Below are positions 33,412 through 45,250 of a stretch of DNA of 64,000 bases, one piece after another; the first letter of the stretch is position 1; each line of letters begins with the position of its first letter. The DNA is from Macrostomum lignano (taxonomy: Eukaryota): assembly GCA_002269645.1 (NCBI GenBank), contig NIVC01000107.1, positions 186,001 through 250,000 of the forward strand, given 5' to 3'. Made by a program: the position numbers and the translations under genes. The notes under the pieces were generated by a model. It was not told the DNA's origin and did not search any database. It saw only the letters and a list, made by a program, of their open reading frames with translations.

Positions 33412-34497
33412 ATGCCCGCCGAGGAGGAGCGCAGAAAGAGGCGCGGAATTTCCTGGCGCCGGCTGTTGAAGTCGCTAATTTCCTGTAAAACAAGCCGACC
33501 TGAGCGGCTCGCTGATGAGGCAGCCCAGCCTCCGCAGCCGCCGATTCCCTTCCCCAGCTTCTCCGTCCGCGGGCTCGAGTTCCGCCTGCTCGGACCGCTC
33601 GGCAGCGGCGCCTACGGTGATGTCTTCCTGGCCCGCTGCCCGGAGCGGCCGCCGCCCCCGCTGCCCCACCTGCTGGCGCTGAAGCTGCACACCCGCGCCC
33701 GCCCGCCCGCCTGCCCGCCGCCCGACTTCGCCGCCTCGCAGCGACTCGCCCGAGCTCTGGCCGGGCCGCCGCACCCGCTGATTGTCGGCCTGCTTGGTCA
33801 CGTGACCACCCACGGCTCTGACCGGCTCACCCTCATGGAGTTCTGCCACCGCGGCGACCTCCAGCGAGCCGCCGGCCGGTGCTGGGAGGCCGAGGCCGCC
33901 TTCGTCAGCCTGGAGGTGGCGGAGGCGCTCGGCCACCTGCACGAGCGTGGCGTCTGCCACCTGGACGTCCGGCCGTGCAACGTGCTGCTCAGCGGGCCCG
34001 GCCACTGCCGACTGGCCGACTTCAGTCTGGCCGATTTTCGGCCGCCCGGCCGCCAGCTGGAGCTCCGAGCTCGGTTCGCCTGCCGGGCTGACTGCGGCAG
34101 CGACTGGCTGCCACCGGAGATCCGGCGGGACGGCAGGCCGAGCCCGGCGGGCGGCTTCACCGACTGGTTCGGCCTCGGCGCGCTGGCCGCCAGCCTCCTC
34201 GCCGCCGACCACTCGGAGGACGTCGGGTCGCCGGATTTCCGACATTTCGTGTCCCGACTGCGGTGCCCACAGCCCGGCCATCGGCTAGGCAGTCAGGGCG
34301 GCGTGGCCGAGGTGCTGAGCCACGGCTTTGTGACCGGCCGGGCCGCCCGGCTGCTGGAGATCCCGCTGCTGCCCGCGGCCGAGGCGGACGGCGGCGGAGT
34401 GGCCGGCCTGCGGGACCTGCTGAGGCGGCAGCGGCTGCGGCCGCCCGACCGGCTGCTGCGGCTGGTGCCCGAGCTGGGAACTGCGGGTGCTGAGTGA
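33412..34497 (+). CDS. Divergent Ser/Thr (AGC-like) protein kinase, possibly a pseudokinase; single-exon ORF, 361 aa
   Basis: Kinase subdomains in order: LGSGAYGDV, ALK, LMEFCHRGDL, HLDVRPCNVLL, LADFS, WLPPE, TDWFGLG. Confidence 0.85.
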   Translation: MPAEEERRKRRGISWRRLLKSLISCKTSRPERLADEAAQPPQPPIPFPSFSVRGLEFRLLGPLGSGAYGDVFLARCPERPPPPLPHLLALKLHTRARPPACPPPDFAASQRLARALAGPPHPLIVGLLGHVTTHGSDRLTLMEFCHRGDLQRAAGRCWEAEAAFVSLEVAEALGHLHERGVCHLDVRPCNVLLSGPGHCRLADFSLADFRPPGRQLELRARFACRADCGSDWLPPEIRRDGRPSPAGGFTDWFGLGALAASLLAADHSEDVGSPDFRHFVSRLRCPQPGHRLGSQGGVAEVLSHGFVTGRAARLLEIPLLPAAEADGGGVAGLRDLLRRQRLRPPDRLLRLVPELGTAGAE

Positions 34498-34720
34498 CTG
34501 AGCCTTAGGGTGCTGAGTGACTGAGCCTTAGGGTGCTGAGTGACTGAGCCTTAGGGTGCTGAGTGACTGAGCCTTAGGTTGCTGAGTGACTGAGCCTTAG
34601 GGTGCTGAGTGAAGTGACTGAGCCTTAGGTTGCTGAGTGACTGAGCCTTAGGTTGCTGAGTGACTGAGCCTTAGGTTGCTGAGTGACTGAGCCTTAGGTT
34701 GCTGAGTGACTGAGCCTTTG
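34486..34720. repeat. 23-bp minisatellite x ~10 whose first unit supplies the kinase stop codon
   Basis: Unit GGTGCTGAGTGACTGAGCCTTAG; the ORF ends GGT GCT GAG TGA. Confidence 0.9.
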
Positions 34721-35221
34721 GTCCTGAGGGACTGAGTGACTGAATGATTGATGTTGAGTGACTGAGTGACTGAGCTGGAGCATCATATTTTCAACTGGCT
34801 TATTTTAAGCAGCAAGCCTTCATGTACACAGCCACGGGTCATCTGTATATTCAGTGTAAATCCTGTTTGTACTCAATGAACTTTCAGATGCTTTCTTGGA
34901 AATAAATAATTTTGTACTGCAGCTTCAAGAATATCTGATGAAGAACCAATAAATTCAAATATGATTTACTTTGCCTCGGAGGCTACTAAATCCGCGGTTT
35001 TACTTTGGGTAAACATTTTTAAGCGACATTTCGCTAAACAGGAAACTCAGAAGTGATGAAGTTCACTGGCTGGGCGCATCAGTCAAACTGGGCACTCGAT
35101 CCTGACAAAGCTGGGCGGGACGGCACGAAATTTTGGGCTTTGCCGCTAATCTTTTTAAAATTAATTGCCTCTGTTCGCAGCTGCCTTCTGTTGGCCTTCT
35201 TTGTGCCTCCGTTTGAAGGAC

Positions 35222-36135
35222 ACCCTGTCTCACCCTGTCTCACCCTGTCTCACTCTGTCTCACCCTGTCTCACCCTGTCTCACTCTCTCTCACCCTGTCT
35301 CACCCTGTCTCACTCTGTCTCACCCTGTCTCACCCTGTCTCACTCTGTCTCACCCTGTCTCACCCTGTCTCACTCTGTCTCACCCTGTCTCACCCTGTCT
35401 CACTCTGTCTCACCCTGTCTCACTCTGTCTCACTCTGTCTCACCCTGTCTCACTCTGTCTCACTCTGTCTCACTCTGTCTCACTCTGTCTCACTCTGTCT
35501 CACTCTGTCTCACTCTGTCTCACTCTGTCTCACTCTGTCTCACTCTGTCTCACTCTGTCTCACTCTGTCTCACTCTGTCTCACTCTGTCTCACTCTGTCT
35601 CACTCTGTCTCACTCTGTCTCACTCTGTCTCACTCTGTCTCACTCTGTCTCACTCTGTCTCACTCTGTCTCACTCTGCTTCACTCTGTCTCACCCTGTCT
35701 CACCCTGTCTCACCCTGTCTCACTCTGTCTCACCCTGTCTCACTCTGTCTCACTCTGGTTTACCCTGTTTCACTCTGGTTCACTCTGTCTTACTCTGTCT
35801 CACTCTGTCTCACTCTGTCTCACCCTGTCTCACCCTGTCTCACCCTGTCTCACTCTGTCTCACCCTGTCTCACTCTGTCTCACTCTGGTTTACCCTGTTT
35901 CACTCTGGTTCACTCTGTCTTACTCTGTCTCACTCTGTCTCACTCTGTCTCACTCTGTCTCACCCTGTCTCACCCTGTCTCACCCTGTCTCACTGTCTCA
36001 CTCTGCTTCACTCTGTCTCACTCTGGTTTACCCTGTCTCACTCTGTCTCACTCTGGTTTACCCTGTTTCACTCTGGTTCACTCTGTCTCACTCTGTCTCA
36101 CTCTGTCTCACTCTGGTTCTCTCTGTCTCACTCTG
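35222..36135. repeat. 10-bp repeat (CTGTCTCACT/CTGTCTCACC)n
   Basis: Read directly from the sequence. Confidence 0.95.
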
Positions 36136-36674
36136 TCGATTCCACCATCTGTCCCACCTTTCCAGTGACGAGTTATCAGTCAGTTTCAATCTGTATTTTG
36201 TTATTCTAATCTCTGCAGCCGCGTGACGCCCTCAGTGCAGACCAGTTCACCCGCCGCCACTTCGGTCACCCCAAGCTGCCCGGGCATTGTCCAAACATTT
36301 CCTATCAGTTTTCATCTCATCTGCTGCCGCCCGCTTATTCACCAGGCCGGAGCTGTCAAACCTCGCTTCGGAGTGACTGACAGAGCCAACCGCTGGCGGA
36401 GGCGGCCCGCGCAGCACGGCTGCCACCCGCAGCGCCAGTTAGCCGCTCTTCTTCTTCTAGAAGCGCAGAAATACAGCGCAGCTGCGCAGCAAGGCACTTG
36501 GCGGAAGAACAACTGCGCAGAATTTGCAGGCGTTTTGGCAGCAACTGCGAGCCGATGCTTTTGGGATTTGGGATTTTCCTTTTGTACTTAATCTATATTT
36601 AATATTTTCATTTATGATTGTGGTTGATTCAAATAATTTTAAATTCTTGTGAAATCAACTCGGGATAGAGATGT

Positions 36675-37495
36675 AGAGATCTGTATGGGGATCAGAGTTG
36701 GGATCTGTATGGGGATCAGAGTTGGGATCTGTATGGGGATCAGAGTTGGGATCTGTATGGGGATCAGAGTTGGGATCTGTATGGGGATCAGAGTTGGGAT
36801 CTGTATGGGGATCAGAGTTGGGATCTGTATGGGGATCAGAGTTGGGATCTGTATGGGGATCAGAGTTGGGATCTGTATGGGGATCAGAGTTGGGATCTGT
36901 ATGGGGATCAGAGTTGGGATCTGTATGGGATCAGAGTTGGGATCTGTATGGGGATCAGAGTTGGGATCTGTATGGGATCAGAGTTGGGATCTGTATGGGG
37001 ATCAGAGTTGGGATCTGTATGGGGATCAGAGTTGGGATCTGTATGGGAATCAGAGTTGGGATCTGTATGGGGATCAGAGTTGGGATCTGTATGGGGATCA
37101 GAGTTGGGATCTGTATGGGGATCAGAGTTGGGATCTGTATGGGGATCAGAGTTGGGATCTGTATGGGGATCAGAGTTGGGATCTGTATGGGGATCAGAGT
37201 TGGGATCTGTATGGGGATCAGAGTTGGGATCTGTATGGGGATCAGAGTTGGGATCTGTATGGGGATCAGAGTTGGGATCTGTATGGGGATCAGAGTTGGG
37301 ATCTGTATGGGGATCAGAGTTGGGATCTGTATGGGGATCAGAGTTGGGATCTGTATGGGGATCAGAGTTGGGATCTGTATGGGGATCAGAGTTGGGATCT
37401 GTATGGGGATCAGAGTTGGGATCTGTATGGGGATCAGAGTTGGGATCTGTATGGGGATCAGAGTTGGGATCTGTATGGGGATCAGAGTTGGGATC
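36675..37495. repeat. 24-bp minisatellite (GGGATCTGTATGGGGATCAGAGTT) x ~34
   Basis: Read directly from the sequence. Confidence 0.95.
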
Positions 37496-38087
37496 GCTAC
37501 AGTGGCTGCATAATAATTTGAAGATTTGTGCAACAAAAATTGTCACAGAAATTCAAGTCAAAATGAAATCCCCTCTGATTGACAGCCCAAGTTGCCATTC
37601 ATTCCCAATAAACCGTCACGCGTCCCTGGATGACCCCGGGCACAGCGGCAGGACTCATCGGACCCCCCAGCTCGGAAGGAAGCTGGAAATGCTAAAATCC
37701 CATTTAGGGGAAAAAGATTCTCACGAATCGGCGAGCTCCCCAATGCTGATGAGGCGGCGGCTTGCGTGAGCCCTCGGATCTCAGAGCAGCTCATCGTGAG
37801 CTCTTTATGATATTTGGGCACCGACTGACTCGCGCTCTGAGAGCAGGGGGGCTCAGGAGGAAGGAAGTAACGGGAGGTAGAATGGGGAAAATTCGCCATA
37901 TCCATATTTCTCGTCTCCATTTTTCAGCTCCCATGCAGTTTCAGCCTTGGCCGCACGCGACTGACTCAGCGAGTGGGGATGCCGTCCGCCTGGGGATGTG
38001 GCGGGGCGCCCATGCGGGCAAACAAAAGAGACCTGCGCAGTCGCTGGGCACGGCGCCAAGGAGGCTCAGGACAGATGCCTGGAATAG

Positions 38088-39305
38088 CAACTGCTGGAAC
38101 TGCAGGCTGGGACTGCAGGCTGGGACTGCAGGCAGGCTGGAACTGCAGGCTGGGACTGCAGGCAGGCTGGAACTGCAGGCTGGGACTGCAGGCTGGAACT
38201 GCAGGCTGGAACTGCAGACTGGAACTGCAGGCTGGAACTGCAGGCTGGCTGGAACTGCAGGCTGGAACTGCAGGCTGGGACTGCAGGCTGGGACTGCAGG
38301 CAGGCTGGAACTGCAGGCTGGGACTGCAGGCTGGAACTGCAGGCTGGAACTGCAGGCTGGAACTGCAGGCTGGAACTGCAGGCTGGAACTGCAGGCTGGC
38401 TGGAACTGCAGGCTGGAACTGCAGGCTGGGACTGCAGGCTGGAACTGCAGGCTGGAACTGCAGGCTGGAACTGCAGGCTGGAACTGCAGGCTGGAACTGC
38501 AGGCTGGAACTGCAGGCTGGAACTGCAGGCTGGCTGGAACTGCAGGCAGGCTGGAACTGCAGGCAGGCTGGAACTGCAGGCAGGCTGGAACTGCAGGCAG
38601 GCTGGAACTGCAGGCAGGCTGGAACTGCAGGCTGGCTGGAACTGCAGGCAGGCTGGGACTGCAGGCAGGCTGGAACTGCAGGCTGGGACTGCAGGCTGGA
38701 ACTGCAGGCAGGCTGGAACTGCAGGCTGGCTGGAACTGCAGGCAGGCTGGGACTGCAGGCAGGCTGGAACTGCAGGCTGGGACTGCAGGCTGGAACTGCA
38801 GGCAGGCTGGAACTGCAGGCAGGCTGGAACTGCAGGCAGGCTGGAACTGCAGGCAGGCTGGAACTGCAGGCAGGCTGGAACTGCAGGCAGGCTGGAACTG
38901 CAGGCAGGCTGGAACTGCAGGCAGGCTGGAACTGCAGGCAGGCTGGAACTGCAGGCAGGCTGGAACTGCAGGCTGGCTGGAACTGCAGGCAGGCTGGGAC
39001 TGCAGGCAGGCTGGAACTGCAGGCTGGGACTGCAGGCTGGAACTGCAGGCAGGCTGGAACTGCAGGCTGGCTGGAACTGCAGGCAGGCTGGGACTGCAGG
39101 CAGGCTGGAACTGCAGGCTGGGACTGCAGGCTGGAACTGCAGGCAGGCTGGAACTGCAGGCAGGCTGGAACTGCAGGCTGGGACTGCAGGCTGGAACTGC
39201 AGGCTGGAACTGCAGGCTGGAACTGCAGGCTGGAACTGCAGGCTGGGACTGCAGGCTGGAACTGCAGGCTGGAACTGCAGGCTGGAACTGCAGGCTGGAA
39301 CTGGC
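38088..39305. repeat. 13/17-bp minisatellite (CTGGAACTGCAGG, with or without CAGG)
   Basis: Read directly from the sequence. Confidence 0.95.
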
Positions 39306-39984
39306 AAGCCTGGATCTTGAATCAGAGCGAAGAAAAGATATTTTCTACATCAAAACTTTACAATAAAAGAATACTGAAAAAAAGTTTAAAAACTTGTGCC
39401 AACCCCCTACAGCTAAGACTGCAAATATATTTTCTCAATTACTGAGAACTCATTCTCGGTTTAAAATGAGACCAAGTTTATAAGCATCGTTTTAAACTGA
39501 AGTTGGCACTCCAGCTTCTGCTTCTGGGCCTCCTTGGCGCAGAGCCGGGAAAAGCCTTCAGCTGAGCTGCCTGGCTAGGGAGATGGGAAGAGCAGCGAGG
39601 ACAACAGGGGAGGGGGGACTCAGCACTGCCCCCAGGGCAACTCAGCATGGTAGGAAAGCGACATGGAGAGAGAGAGAGCTGCGGGGCGCAGGTGGGTGGA
39701 GCAGCGGCTCCCATTAGCGGCTTCCGCGCCGGTCCCCAGCATCCTCCAGCATCATTTTAATTCCCTTTTCAGAGGAGCTGGCAGACACTATACGTGCCAG
39801 GCTTGCAGGCGGAGGCTGTGCGATGAGGCAGCGGTGCGCCATTGTTGTGGCTGTTGCCATCCGGGACAGGCTTGCTTGTGTTCCCTTGGATTCTAAAATT
39901 ATTAATTCAGAATACCTTTCTCTCAGAAAACCCAAGTTCCAAATTCCAGGTCCTGAATCTCATTATTCTAGTACGAGAGTCCAG

Positions 39985-40620
39985 ATCCCAACTCCCAAAT
40001 CCTGACTCCCGAATCCCAACTCCCAACTCCCAACTCCCAAATCCCAACTCACAACTCTCAAATCCCAACTCCCAAATCCCAACTCCCAACTCCCAACTCC
40101 CAAATCCCAACTCCCAACTCCCAACTCCCAAATCCCAACTCCCAACTCCCAAATCCCAACTCCTAAATCCCAACTCCCAACTCCCAAACCCTAACTCCCA
40201 ACTCCCAAATCCCAACTCCCAACTCTCAAATCCCAACTCCCAAATCCCAACTCCCAACTCTCAAATCCCAACTCCCAAATCCCAACTCTCAACTCTCAAA
40301 TCCCAACTCTCAAATCCCAACTCCCAAACCCCAACTCCCAAATCCCAACTCCCAACTCTCAACTCCCAAATCCCAACTCCCAACTCCCAACTCCCAAATC
40401 CCAACTCCCAACTCCCAAATCCCAACTCCTAAATCCCAACTACCAACTCCCAACTCCCAAATCCCAACTCCCAACTCCCAACTCCCAACTCCCAAATCCC
40501 AACTCCCAACTCCCAACTCCCAACTCTCAAATCCCAACTCCCAAAACCTAACTCCCAACTCCCAAATCCCAACTCCCAAATCCCAACTCTCAAATCCCAA
40601 CTCCCAAGTCCCAACTCCCG
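39985..40620. repeat. 7-bp repeat (CCCAACT/CCCAAAT)n
   Basis: Read directly from the sequence. Confidence 0.95.
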
Positions 40621-41679
40621 AATCTCCCAAGTTCTCAATAACCTCTGAACTTAAGTGACTTCCCCAGCCATAAACTGAGCAGTGACTCACTCCCACAAGC
40701 GGCACTGAGAGCCCCGGGATTTCGGAATCGAATCGCAGATATTCGGAGGCCCCGGGAGACGGGCGGCTGCAAGTCAATCGCTTCGCCAAATTGGCGACCC
40801 GCGCAGATCTGCAGCGATCTGCGGTTATGCAACTGCTCCGGAGGCACAGACAGACAGCGGCTGGAAATCACGACCCGCGGACTAAAAAAAGCTTTCGAAC
40901 TCGAGGGGCTCCGCATCGACAGCGGGTCCGGGATGAGTCAGCCAGATGGATTGCCTCCGCGATCGCACTTGGCAGATGTGATGCAACTTCTAACACTCCG
41001 CCGTCTCCGAGGCATCCCAGGCTGAGCGATCCGGGGATCGAGCCCCCGCGACTCGCGAGATCCCCACTTGGGATTCGAGACGAGAGCAGCTGAATGGGGA
41101 TTTCTCCCAGGCGCAATCATTTCTGGGGAGCCAGGGAGGGAATGAGAGGATCAGCGGGGCTGCCAGCCAGAGTGTCCAACTTGAATGGGGATTTCATAAA
41201 TCGCTGTCTGGTGTGGGATTTGGGACACAAGAGGGGAGGGCGAGGGGAAAATTGTAAACGAAGGGCGGGCCGACTTCCCCAGCAGCAGCAGCAGCAGCGG
41301 GAATCCGCCGGAGACCCGAGTTTGCCGCTGCCGTCATTAATCAAAGGGGAGACCCGCCTGCGATAGAGGCTGCAGGGAGGGGGCAGAGGGGGAAGCGGGA
41401 TTGCGGGAGGCGGGCGGCGGACTAAAAAGCAATCAAAGTCAGGAGAAACTCAAGACATTCTGCAGCAGCGGCAAGAATGAAAGTCGGCTTTTGCGGGAGT
41501 TGCCTCTGCCTCGCCATCCGGTGCTGCATGGCAACAAGAATTGAGCAAAGACCGAATTTCAGCCGCAGCCTGAGAATGGGATTCTGGATGGGGGGAGCTG
41601 CGACTTGATGAGGCTGGACACCGTGTTTCTGTCTTCGGGCGGGTCTGATTGGGAATTGTCCGAATTTCTGCAATTAGCG

Positions 41680-41835
<156 letters not shown>

Positions 41836-42834
41836 AGTCCGAGCCCTGCCCAATTGAAAAAAGCAGAAATTTGCAGAAATTGTGCAGAAGCAGCCGCCTG
41901 GAGACAATGCAGCTCCCTACTGAATGATTCAGGAGCAGTCGCCCGACGCTTTCAAAACAACCCAGGTGCCGAAAAAAGGTGAAGCAGCCGCAGCCCTAGA
42001 AGTGGAAGAGAAGCCTCCCTCCCCCATCGGGGGGTCTTCATGTTCTTCAGACGCGGCAAACCCGGAAAAAGTGATGACAGAAAAGCAGAGAGAAGCAAGA
42101 GACTGTCGGGGCGGAGGCGGAACCATCAAAGCGGCGGCGTGAGGCGGTGTCGGGTGACGCCAGCGGGAACTCAGGCTGCCCAGGGGAGGCTGGCGGGTCA
42201 TTAGCGCTGGGGATCCACGGGAGGCGCTTCATTTTGGGGTGCGGACGGGAACTTTAGTGGGGATTCTTCCCAGTTGGGATACTTCTGAAGAGGGAAGAGC
42301 AGCGGAGCAGTCGGGCGAGAGTTGCGCAACTTCCTGCCGCATCTCTTTAAGCCGGAGTTGCTGCCCCTCATGGGGGATGTGGGAGTTTATCCCCTCCCCA
42401 GGGCCGGTGTCAGGTTTCCGTGTGATGGCTGCGAACAGCTTGTTTTCGCGCGGAGCAGCACAGTGTCGGGTGACCAGCCCAGTGGGGACAGCAGAGTCAA
42501 CACGCCGCTAATTGCCGCCCCCTTTCCCAGTTCAGAAATCAGGCCATTGCCTGCAAGAGCTTCAGTCGCGCCCATTTCGCTGACCGTTGAGCACGGCGCA
42601 CGGCAACCCTGACTTTCTCAGCCCAGTTTCTAGTTCTCAAGCCTCAAATGAATTTGTCTCAGAGTCAGACTCGTTACCGCTAAACTACCCACGAAAATTG
42701 CTGTGTAGTTTTTACCGAGGCGAAAGTATCTTTTCGATACATATCGTTAATGCCGATTCTTGAATGAGTTTTCATTTAGAATAAATCCCACGATTAGCGA
42801 AAAAATTCCATTCCTGAATCTCACATCAGTGCGA

Positions 42835-43035
42835 GCCGGTCCTGTTCCCCCCGGTCCTGTTCCCCCCGGTCCTGTTCCCCCCGGTCCTGTTCCCCCGGTT
42901 CTGTTCCCCCCGGTCCTGTTCCCCCGGTCCTGTTCCCCCCGGTCCTGTTCCCCCGGTTCTGTTCCCCCGGTCCTGTTCCCCCGGTCCTGTTCCCCCCGGT
43001 CCTGTTCCCCCGGTCCTGTTCCCCCGGTCCTGTTT
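42835..43035. repeat. 14-15-bp repeat (CCGGTCCTGTTCCC)n
   Basis: Read directly from the sequence. Confidence 0.9.
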
Positions 43036-43434
43036 CCACTCGCGCGCTTTCAGCAGCTCCCACTCCCCTCGTCCCGGGGACTCCGCTGCGACCTGCCTGT
43101 CGAAGCCTCTGCCCTCCCCAACCCTCCCGCCAGGACTCAGTCGTGCATTATTTTTCCCCCTCGCGTTTTCCTCGAACGCCTTTCGATGAATTCTCGTCAT
43201 TTTTTTCTCTTCCCACTTTATTGGTCTCATTTTCTTCTAGATCCCTAATGGGGAGGAGCTCAGATCCCCAGACTCTCTTCCCCATCTCCCCTCGCTCCGG
43301 CTCGCAGAGTCAGCAGGTGGCGAGCGAGGTCGCCTCAGGTGAGAGGAGGCTGGCGGGCCGGATGAAGCAGCTTGCCCGCCGTGCTCACACCTGTTCGCGA
43401 TTTAGTCGGTGCTGGGAATAACCGGATAGTGTCA

Positions 43435-44120
43435 GTTCATGAGTGAGTTCATGAGTGAGTTCATGAGTGAGTTCATGAGTGAGTTCATGAGTGAGTTCAT
43501 GAGTGAGTTCATGAGTGAGATCATGAGTGAGTTCATGAGTGAGTTCATGAGTGAGTTCATGAGTGAGTTCACGAGTGAGTTCATGAGTGAGTTCATGAGT
43601 GAGTTCATGAGTGAGATCATGAGTGAGTTCATGAGTGAGTTCATGAGTGAGTTCATGAGTGAGATCATGAGTGAGTTCATGAGTGAGTTCATGAGTGAGT
43701 TCATGAGTGAGTTCACGAGTGAGTTCATGAGTGAGATCATGAGTGAGTTCATGAGTGAGTTCATGAGTGAGTTCATGAGTGAGTTCATGAGTGAGTTCAT
43801 GAGTGAGTTCATGAGTGAGTTCATGAGTGAGTTCATGAGTGAGTTCATGAGTGAGTTCATGAGTGAGTTCACGAGTGAGTTCATGAGTGAGTTCATGAGT
43901 GAGTTCATGAGTGAGTTCATGAGTGAGTTCATGAGTGAGTTCATGAGTGAGTTCATGAGTGAGTTCATGAGTGAGTTCATGAGTGAGTTCATGAGTGAGT
44001 TCATGAGTGAGATCATGAGTGAGATCATGAGTGAGTTCATGAGTGAGTTCATGAGTGAGTTCATGAGTGAGTTCATGAGTGAGTTCATGAGTGAGTTCAT
44101 GAGTGAGATCATGAGTGAGT
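43435..44120. repeat. 12-bp minisatellite (ATGAGTGAGTTC) x ~57
   Basis: Read directly from the sequence. Confidence 0.95.
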
Positions 44121-45250
44121 GACACTCGTCTCAGTTCAGCAGCTCCGGGCAGCCAGGTGAATCATTCCATCCCCCAACCCGCCCCAGCTGTCAGCGCCCC
44201 TGCCAACTTCCAAAAGAAGCTGGGATGGCCATGCCGTGTGAGCACTCACTCAGCAGCAGAAGCAGAGAGTTCAGAATTTTGTGGCTGTGCCACCGAGCAG
44301 GCTGAGGGGCTCGGGCCACTTAGGATCGACTCGCGTACTCGCCCTGCTCTGCCCGCCTAATTGATGAAGAGAGGGAGAGGCTGGAGAGCAGGCGGAAAGG
44401 AACCAGTGAGCGAAGATGCTGAAGTTGAAGTTTAAAAGATGCTGAGTCCTCCCTACTCAAGCTTATCGATCTGATGAAGAAGAAATGTTTAAGAGTCTGC
44501 AGCCAGTCCGCTTTTGTTTAACCGCGTGTCCCAATTAGCCGAAATGCCCCATCGGGTCTGGGCTGAAATCGCGGAGCATTTCGCGGGAAGTCACGATCGA
44601 AGCGGGGCGAAGCAAAGAAACGAATATTGCTGTCCATCTCTCACAGACTCAATTGAGGATTTCGTGTCGCTCATTTTTCCCAAGGGAGCATCTTTTATTC
44701 ATGCAGCTCTCCAGCTCCTCGATGAAGCTGATTTCCCAGTCTCCATGCGGGACATCGCATCTCAATTCCCATGAGGTTTCCCTCAGGCTGGGAATTGCAA
44801 TGCAGGGATTTTGCCCGCCAGACTCTCAGCTGAAGCAGACAATCCATGCAGAAAGAAAGCGGAATTTCGGGGGGGGGCTCTAGCCGGAGGGATGCTGGCT
44901 CAGGTGTAAAAAAATTACACTAGCTGCTGATGAAGCATGGGATTCTGGGGGAGACAGGTGGGCGCGCCTAGACCCAGATGAGTAGGTTGGGCTGGGCGAG
45001 ACACTGCAGCGGACCGGGGACTGGCTGCCTGCTCTGGCGAATCAGGTGGCGGCCAGAGGGGATGCTAAAATGGGGGATCATTTTAGCAGAGGAAGGAACA
45101 GGGCAGAGGAGGAACAGAAGAACTGCAGGAGAGACGGAAAGACCTCATCGCTGAGGATTTTGCTTGCAGCAGCCGCCTACGCGCATTTTCCCATCGCTGT
45201 TGCTCTTCGGACTGTCAGGGGAAATTTATCCCAACCATAGCGCACCCACC

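Noticed and set aside
39985-40620. Interstitial telomeric repeat
   Set aside because: The units are AGTTGGG/ATTTGGG on the minus strand, not TTAGGG or TTTAGGG.
43240-43340. Possible plus-strand exon (TTCTAG|...CTCAG|GTGAG) upstream of the GPCR
   Set aside because: The splice-like signals alone are not sufficient, and no partner exon or protein similarity was found.
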